IMG/VR virus record: IMGVR_UViG_3300011335_000514
Span: 1 to 38,267 of that record
Strand: one strand, 5' to 3'
DNA: 38,267 bases
From: a virus
Lineage: Duplodnaviria; Caudoviricetes
The translations under genes and the position numbers were made by a program. Every line of letters starts with the position of its first letter. Positions within the stretch are counted from its first letter, which is position 1. Below the pieces are notes generated by a model. It was not told the DNA's origin, made no database searches, and saw only the letters and a list, made by a program, of their open reading frames with translations. This document shows, piece after piece, positions 32,850 through 38,267 of the stretch.

Positions 32850-34907
32850 CTACGACCTTGCTTCGTCCAAATAATCTTCCATCATGGGCTGATTGTACTT
32901 GGCTTGATAACTGGCCCGCAAGCCGCCTTGGCTCATCTGGCGTGTGACTTCTTTAACCACTGGCTGCGCTGGTTTTGTCGTTGCCGCTTTCGTCTGAATG
33001 TTTTGTTGCATGATTGGAGCATTTTGTTGAAATTTGACGCGGGCGTCTGCTACTTGTTTTTCGAGACCCGGTAGCATGGCTTGCATATCTTTAATACTTT
33101 GTAATAGACTTTGCTGATCAGCCGGGCTTGCTTGCTGGAATTCTGTTGACTGGCTAGTTTCGATAAATTTAGCAGTTATATCCTTAACAAATTGAAGAAT
33201 CTGTGGCATCAGTTCGTCAAATTCTTTCAACATATTAAAAAGTGTCTGATCTACATCAACAGTGCCATCCGGGTCAGCAACCACTAACTGATCTATATTG
33301 GTGTTTAATTCTGGATCCGAGCTGCCTAATTTTTGTCTAATAGAATTTTTAAAACCTTCTGCACTGTCAAATGATATACCCGGTCCATCTGTATCTGTCA
33401 TGACTTGTTCTTTGATCTGACGATATTCATTGGGCCAATCTTGCCATATATTTTCGTATGCATCAAACACAGTTTCAAGATAATCTCTCAATTCGTCGGG
33501 CACACGCTCTTTGCTCCAGTGATGGGGCATTTCGGAATCGGGACCAAACCACAGTTTCCAAACATCGGGAGTCCAGTAATCTAGAGCATCACTGTCTAAA
33601 TTACCTGCTTTCTGTAATGCTGGTGCGACAGATTTGTATCCTTCTCTATTGGCCCATTTGGCAAAGATTTTATGATACGGCTTGTGGTGTTTGACTGCCC
33701 AATGATATAGATCTTTTACATCAGTCGGCGGCATCTGTGCATCAGGGATAGTTGGTTCTTGACGAATCCTACTCATTATATTGTCGAATCTCTCATCGCC
33801 TGTTGCTTCTGCCACCTCTGTGCCCATGGCAGATTTGATTGCTCGGCGATTGTATATGGCAAATTGTCCGGCATCATCAGCGGTACTGGCCCACCCGGGC
33901 AGGCCGGGTAAAATCCTTCGTATCATTCTAGCATACAATGCTCTACGATTGGGTTCTGCGGCTTGGAAATATAGCAATGCAGGTCGGGCTTTTTTTACAT
34001 ATTGGATGATGGCATTGACCACGATGCCAAATACTTCTGCGGCAGATCCTGTGCCTTCAATGCCCTGTTTGGCCACTGGATATCCGCCCTTGATATCCTT
34101 GGTCAGTTGCTCAAAACTAACAAACTTGCTTTTATTATACACCTCATCAGAATCAAAGAAATCATATGGACTCATTTCATCCGGACCAATATATGGTTCC
34201 AAGAAATCCAATTGATATTCTACTCCATTACTGGCAGTGAAAGTGAATTTAATCATGTCTGGATCACTAGTGTTCCAATGGGCGTGATGAGATGTTCCTG
34301 CCTTGGTGTCTAATACTTCTTTTAATTCAGTGCCCATGGCAGTGTCCAACATCTTGACCACAGTCTTGGCCAGTTTGGGATTCTTCTGAGTGTGGGGATA
34401 TAGACTCATGACCAATGCCATGCGGCGACGGTCATCCAATTCGGGCCATGCTGTGCGTATCTCTGTGGCTGATTGCATGCCCGGACCAAATGTAACTGTG
34501 GGCAGATAGGCCATATACGCATGTTGTGTCATGGGTGCCATGTTGCGAGAAATGGGCTGTAAATATGCAGGTGAGCCGTTCTTTAGGATACCACCGGGTC
34601 GGGGCGGTTTGTCGGCATCTTTTTTGCTGCGAACAAAGATCAACTGTGTGTCTGCAGGATCATAATTTTTTGTGATCTCATCAGCACGAAATGGACTCTT
34701 GACCTGATAGAAATCACCAGATGGTACACCGGCTAACTGTGCTAGTTTTTCTTTTAGTTTGAATGGAAATGGGCGAGCGGAAGTGTCGTTGGTAGCTGCC
34801 ACTTTGACATCAGCACCAGGAAAAGCCTGCAATGCAGACTGATAAAGTGCTAGGTGACCCGCGTGAAAAGGATGGAACCCACCGGGCATGATGACTAATT
34901 GTTTCAT
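32850..34907 (-). CDS. Cytidylyltransferase-like (HxGH) nucleotidyltransferase fused to additional modules
   Basis: MPGGFHPFHAGH, RPFPFKLK and QSATEIR in the first ~195 aa; further modules after LKE, VAE, IKE and VKE; ends MMEDYLDEARS. Confidence 0.8.
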   Translation of the reverse strand: MKQLVIMPGGFHPFHAGHLALYQSALQAFPGADVKVAATNDTSARPFPFKLKEKLAQLAGVPSGDFYQVKSPFRADEITKNYDPADTQLIFVRSKKDADKPPRPGGILKNGSPAYLQPISRNMAPMTQHAYMAYLPTVTFGPGMQSATEIRTAWPELDDRRRMALVMSLYPHTQKNPKLAKTVVKMLDTAMGTELKEVLDTKAGTSHHAHWNTSDPDMIKFTFTASNGVEYQLDFLEPYIGPDEMSPYDFFDSDEVYNKSKFVSFEQLTKDIKGGYPVAKQGIEGTGSAAEVFGIVVNAIIQYVKKARPALLYFQAAEPNRRALYARMIRRILPGLPGWASTADDAGQFAIYNRRAIKSAMGTEVAEATGDERFDNIMSRIRQEPTIPDAQMPPTDVKDLYHWAVKHHKPYHKIFAKWANREGYKSVAPALQKAGNLDSDALDYWTPDVWKLWFGPDSEMPHHWSKERVPDELRDYLETVFDAYENIWQDWPNEYRQIKEQVMTDTDGPGISFDSAEGFKNSIRQKLGSSDPELNTNIDQLVVADPDGTVDVDQTLFNMLKEFDELMPQILQFVKDITAKFIETSQSTEFQQASPADQQSLLQSIKDMQAMLPGLEKQVADARVKFQQNAPIMQQNIQTKAATTKPAQPVVKEVTRQMSQGGLRASYQAKYNQPMMEDYLDEARS

Positions 34908-34913
34908 ACCCAG

Positions 34914-34919
34914 TATTTA
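34914..34919 (-). promoter_or_regulatory. T4-like late promoter
   Basis: CTAAATA-CTGGGT-ATG fills the 13-nt intergenic gap. Confidence 0.65.
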
Positions 34920-34920
34920 G

Positions 34921-35355
34921 CTATAAGTTTTCTAATAACCAAATGTAGATTGGCGTAGAGAATTTCAGTGTGACTGTGCCATTGCAGCCTAGTTCGCCGT
35001 AGAAAGATTCAGTAATTGGCTCGCCAGTACCGTTGAAATCATGTTGGTACTCGGCTAATTTAGTTGTTAAGTATTGGCAATCGATCTTATCAAATTGTAT
35101 ATTACTTAATGTAACAGTGGCATCACTGACGATGTTGCCCTCGGCATCCAGTCGGGTATGATCTGACAATTTATTTTTTAACACAAATTTCAGTTCATGA
35201 TCACCATCGTCGTCGCTGATTTCATATTCCACCTGGTAAGTTTGATCTATGTGATCCTGATCAAACAATCGGTGATTATCTAACCAAATCTCCAGACCCA
35301 AGGGCACAGCGGGATCTGTGCTGCTAACTATACAATTAAATTTGATCGTATCCAT
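34921..35355 (-). CDS. Hypothetical beta-rich acidic protein (144 aa)
   Basis: Abuts the upstream stop (TAA-ATG); ends FSTPIYIWLLENL; no family recognised. Confidence 0.75.
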   Translation of the reverse strand: MDTIKFNCIVSSTDPAVPLGLEIWLDNHRLFDQDHIDQTYQVEYEISDDDGDHELKFVLKNKLSDHTRLDAEGNIVSDATVTLSNIQFDKIDCQYLTTKLAEYQHDFNGTGEPITESFYGELGCNGTVTLKFSTPIYIWLLENL

Positions 35356-35709
35356 TTAATATGTAGCTTGTACTACTTCGATGGTGCCGTCTGCGAAATT
35401 TGTAACCACTGCTCGCAACCATGTGAAGTTGCCCATGACTGCTTCAATGTAAGTGTCTGTGCTGTCGCCATATGTGGCCACCTCAAACCAACGAGAATCA
35501 GCAGGATCATTGTCTAAAGTGGCCTGGATCGCTACTTGTCCTTGCACGCCACGGAACACCCAACGAATAGTTTGGATACTGCCACGACCACGATAGTAGT
35601 TGGCTGCTTTTTGTGGATCACCCGTAAAGTCTTGGCTGGAGCCATCATAGTTACCCGATGGTACACCGTACTCTGTATAAGGCAGCAGTGTGACCGTGGT
35701 AATAGCCAT
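35356..35709 (-). CDS. Hypothetical beta-sandwich-like protein, possibly structural (117 aa)
   Basis: TAATG overlap; alternating hydrophobic strands (IQATL, WFEV, GNFTWLRA); located in the late block. Confidence 0.7.
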   Translation of the reverse strand: MAITTVTLLPYTEYGVPSGNYDGSSQDFTGDPQKAANYYRGRGSIQTIRWVFRGVQGQVAIQATLDNDPADSRWFEVATYGDSTDTYIEAVMGNFTWLRAVVTNFADGTIEVVQATY

Positions 35710-35873
35710 TATGCTCGATCTACTTCCACAATGATGTGCTCACCAGCTAGTTCTTCTACCACTGAGCTCAGTGCAGAGATCATTTCCTCGTTGGCTATTT
35801 CAGCAGGTGCTGCATCGTCTTTGACCAATTTTGATAGTTTGATCACAACTATTTCTTCGTGTATTTTTGCCAT
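35709..35873 (-). CDS. Small hypothetical protein (54 aa)
   Basis: MAKIHEEIVVIKLSKLVK...; start moved to the ATG at 35873, directly after a perfect late promoter. Confidence 0.7.
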   Translation of the reverse strand: MAKIHEEIVVIKLSKLVKDDAAPAEIANEEMISALSSVVEELAGEHIIVEVDRA

Positions 35874-35877
35874 ATAG

Positions 35878-35885
35878 TATTTATA
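35878..35885 (-). promoter_or_regulatory. Perfect T4 late promoter TATAAATA
   Basis: TATAAATA contains the clpA stop codon and lies 4 nt before the next ATG. Confidence 0.75.
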
Positions 35886-38157
35886 CCACAACGGGTTCTG
35901 AGATTTCTGTTTTCACAGCAGTTTCAAACTCAATCCGGTCGCCGTTTAACACCACATTCAATGTGCAGTCAGTGAGTTGATCAAACAAGATCCGCTTGCT
36001 CAAAGGCACACGGATCAATTCATCAATCTTGCGATTCAATGGGCGAGCACCCATCTTGCTATCATAGCCTTTTTCTGCCAACAATTCAATCACAGGCTCA
36101 GAGAAGAACAATCGAATGTTCTTTTCTGCTACACTGGCTTTGAGTTGATCCAAGAACTTCACAACGATCTTCTTGATTGCCAGGGTATCCAACTTGGTAA
36201 ACTTGCAGATACGATCAATGCGATTGCGTAGTTCTGGACGGAAGAACTCTTTCAAGGCACGATCTTCTTCTCCGGATTTCTCCAACTCGGTGCTGAATCC
36301 AATGTTGTTGTTTTCATTGTCTCGCGCACCCAAGTTTGAGGTCATGATGATGATGGTGTTCTTGCAGTCTACCCGCTTGCCATTTGCACCTGTGACATGC
36401 CCTTCATCCAGCATCTGTAACAGTATGTTGGTGACATCACTGTGTGCCTTTTCAATCTCATCAAACAAGATCACAGAGAATGGATGCTTGCTCAAGTCCG
36501 AGATCAGTTTGCCGCCGCCTACATTGCCATCTTCAAAGCCCACATACCCCGGAGGTGCACCAATCAGGCTGCTGACAGAGAACTTCTCCTGGAATTCACT
36601 CATGTCGTAACGCAATAGGTGCATGTCCAGATTCTCACTCAGCAGTTTGGCCAATTCTGTTTTACCTGTGCCTGTTGGGCCAAGGAACAAGAAACTTGCC
36701 ATGGGCTTGTTTGGAGTTCCAATGCCCGAGAAGTTGATGTACACACGCTCCAACACAGCATCCACTGCTTCTTCCTGACCGTAGAGTTTCTGTTTGATGT
36801 TGGATTCTAAATCCACGATCTTCACACTGCGTTCATTCTGCAAGCGATCTGTGGGCACACCTGTCACACGGGACAACTGTTCTTCGATCATTGATCGGTT
36901 CACAGTGACATTGCCTGCATCTTTCACACGCTCTCGGGCACAGGCAGCATCCAACAGGTCGATGGATTTGTCAGGATTCTTCTTGTCATGGATATACCTT
37001 GCTGCTAGATCCACAGCAGCAGTCATGGCTTCTGTGTCGATCATCACATTGTGGAATGCTTCCAGTCGTGGTGAGAGTCCGATCAAGATCTTCTCAGTGG
37101 TGTCACGGTCCGGTTCGTCAATTGACAACCTGTAGAAACGGCGCATGAGGGCACGATCTTTCTCGAAACTCTCGTAATACTCTTCCCAGGTTGTGCTTGC
37201 GATCACCTTCAAGTTGCCTTTGGTAATAGCAGGTTTCAACATGTTGGCAAAGTCCAGGCTACCCGAACTGCCTGCACCTGCACCTTTCATTGTGTGTGCT
37301 TCATCAATAAACAAGATACATTTTTTCTTGGCTTCTAGTGCAGAGATCACTGCTTTGAACTTTTCTTCAAAGTCACCGCGATATTTTGATCCTGCCACAA
37401 GACTGCCAATCTCCAGGCTCCATACTTCGTGATCCTTCAAGAACTCTGGCACACGGCCCTGAGTGATCTCTTGTGCCAAGCCTTCGATGATAGCAGTTTT
37501 GCCCACACCCGGGTCGCCTACCATGAGCACATTTGATTTGAATCGGCGTGCCAACACAGCTATCATTTCTTCTAGTTCTGTTGAGCGGCCGATTAGCGGT
37601 TCCAGGCGATCTGTTTTGGCCAACGTGGTAAGACTGGTACAGTATTCTTCCAACACTTCTGTGGCCTGCTGGTCATTCATGCCTGACGCTGACTTTTCTG
37701 TTTTGTAGTGACGCTTCCAGAACTCAGCAAACTCGCCCTTGGTAACTCCAAATTTCAACAAGAAGTAGTGTGCATGGCTGTTGGTCTCACTCATGATGGC
37801 CAGATAAAGATCAATAGTGACGATCTGTCTGCGTCCGGAGAACAGCACTTGTGTTAGCGCACGGTTGAACACACGCTCTAGTCCAGCAGTTTTGCGTGGT
37901 GTGAAGTCTTCCGTTGGTTGCACCAGGCTCTGGCAACTGTCCAAGTATCCGCTGAGTTCTGTTTCTAACATGGCCACATCACAGCCGAACTTGTTTAGTG
38001 TTTTGCGAAATGGTTCATGCCGTATCAAGCTCAACAACAGGTGTTCTGTTAGCACATATTCATGTCGCCATGTTCGTGCAATGGTCACTGCACCTTCGAT
38101 GATAGCGTCGATTTCGGGGTTGTCTTGCATAGCGTTTTGTCCGTGTGAGTTGCTCAT
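35881..38157 (-). CDS. clpA: ATP-dependent Clp protease ATP-binding subunit, ClpA-like
   Basis: Clp N-domain (HEYVLTEHLLLSL), AAA1 GDPGVGKT / LFIDEAH, AAA2 GPTGTGKTE / FDEIEKAH, IGF ClpP-docking loop, no ClpB middle domain. Alternative start at 38130 (MQDNPE). Confidence 0.92.
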   Translation of the reverse strand: MSNSHGQNAMQDNPEIDAIIEGAVTIARTWRHEYVLTEHLLLSLIRHEPFRKTLNKFGCDVAMLETELSGYLDSCQSLVQPTEDFTPRKTAGLERVFNRALTQVLFSGRRQIVTIDLYLAIMSETNSHAHYFLLKFGVTKGEFAEFWKRHYKTEKSASGMNDQQATEVLEEYCTSLTTLAKTDRLEPLIGRSTELEEMIAVLARRFKSNVLMVGDPGVGKTAIIEGLAQEITQGRVPEFLKDHEVWSLEIGSLVAGSKYRGDFEEKFKAVISALEAKKKCILFIDEAHTMKGAGAGSSGSLDFANMLKPAITKGNLKVIASTTWEEYYESFEKDRALMRRFYRLSIDEPDRDTTEKILIGLSPRLEAFHNVMIDTEAMTAAVDLAARYIHDKKNPDKSIDLLDAACARERVKDAGNVTVNRSMIEEQLSRVTGVPTDRLQNERSVKIVDLESNIKQKLYGQEEAVDAVLERVYINFSGIGTPNKPMASFLFLGPTGTGKTELAKLLSENLDMHLLRYDMSEFQEKFSVSSLIGAPPGYVGFEDGNVGGGKLISDLSKHPFSVILFDEIEKAHSDVTNILLQMLDEGHVTGANGKRVDCKNTIIIMTSNLGARDNENNNIGFSTELEKSGEEDRALKEFFRPELRNRIDRICKFTKLDTLAIKKIVVKFLDQLKASVAEKNIRLFFSEPVIELLAEKGYDSKMGARPLNRKIDELIRVPLSKRILFDQLTDCTLNVVLNGDRIEFETAVKTEISEPVVV

Positions 38158-38163
38158 GTGAGT

Positions 38164-38192
38164 AGTATACTATATTTTTTGGTTGTGATCAA
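38164..38192 (-). promoter_or_regulatory. Sigma70-type promoter for clpA
   Basis: TTGATC (38192-38187), 17-bp spacer, TATACT (38169-38164); 6 nt to the ATG at 38157. Confidence 0.7.
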
Positions 38193-38204
38193 CCTGTACC
38201 GTAC

Positions 38205-38267
38205 TTATTTGGCCAATTCCGCCTGTATAGCAGCCAATAATTCTTCAGGAATCTTTGCAGGTATTTC
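38205..38267 (-). CDS. 3' end of an upstream gene (partial; possibly a DnaJ-type C-terminus)
   Basis: Open frame EIPAKIPEELLAAIQAELAK-stop. The identity is a guess from the P..(I/L)...LL tail and adjacency to clpA. Confidence 0.4.
   Translation of the reverse strand, partial: EIPAKIPEELLAAIQAELAK

Noticed and set aside
75-38161. All plus-strand ORFs in the track (e.g. 8071..8511, 13794..14264, 24015..24557, 36173..36610)
   Set aside because: They lie antisense to well-supported minus-strand genes, mostly start at non-ATG codons, lack motifs and reflect codon bias of the real genes.
1-38267. tRNA/rRNA genes, transposases or an alternative genetic code
   Set aside because: Intergenic gaps are under about 70 nt with no cloverleaf, no transposase motifs were seen, and long ORFs use TAA, TGA and TAG as normal stops at near-complete coding density.
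1-38267. Bacterial chromosome origin suggested by clpA, galE, dps and folE
   Set aside because: The T4-like polymerase, clamp, DsbA-like gene, late promoters, single-strand gene packing and internal-protein-type leaders point to a phage genome.

Overview
A 38.3-kb fragment of a large, T4-like tailed dsDNA phage, probably with a Gram-negative host. All 38 credible genes lie on the minus strand, mostly translationally coupled; the plus-strand ORFs are antisense shadows. In transcription order (right to left) there are three blocks. (1) clpA-like ATPase and small hypothetical genes. (2) A ~22-kb late block (about 13.3-35.9 kb) with T4-type (TA)TAAATA promoters. About a dozen of its genes start with a shared M-[RK]-x-x-E-[FI]-[ILVM]-x-E leader, or a variant of it, resembling the T4 capsid-targeting sequence. 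Its large ORFs (1921, 1380, 685 aa) are strings of unrelated modules separated by [ILVM]-x-E sites, the T4 prohead-protease cleavage consensus. Cargo includes Pol-beta and HxGH nucleotidyltransferase, SGNH hydrolase, zincin and M48 peptidase, amidoligase, deaminase, LysM-muramidase, ParB-like and HTH domains; a Dps gene also lies in this block. (3) A sigma70-type block: DsbA-like protein, family B DNA polymerase, methyltransferase-like protein, sliding clamp, sulfotransferase, then a 7-deazaguanine modification cluster (TGT/DpdA-like, QueD-like with an LxxxHRHxF motif, FolE) that is interrupted by a glycosyltransferase, a GalE epimerase, an amidinotransferase and a short DegT aminotransferase. 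The two best novelty candidates are the shufflable capsid-packaged, protease-processed cargo array and a possible amino/guanidino-sugar-decorated 7-deazaguanine. All calls come from reading motifs by eye; no database search was run.
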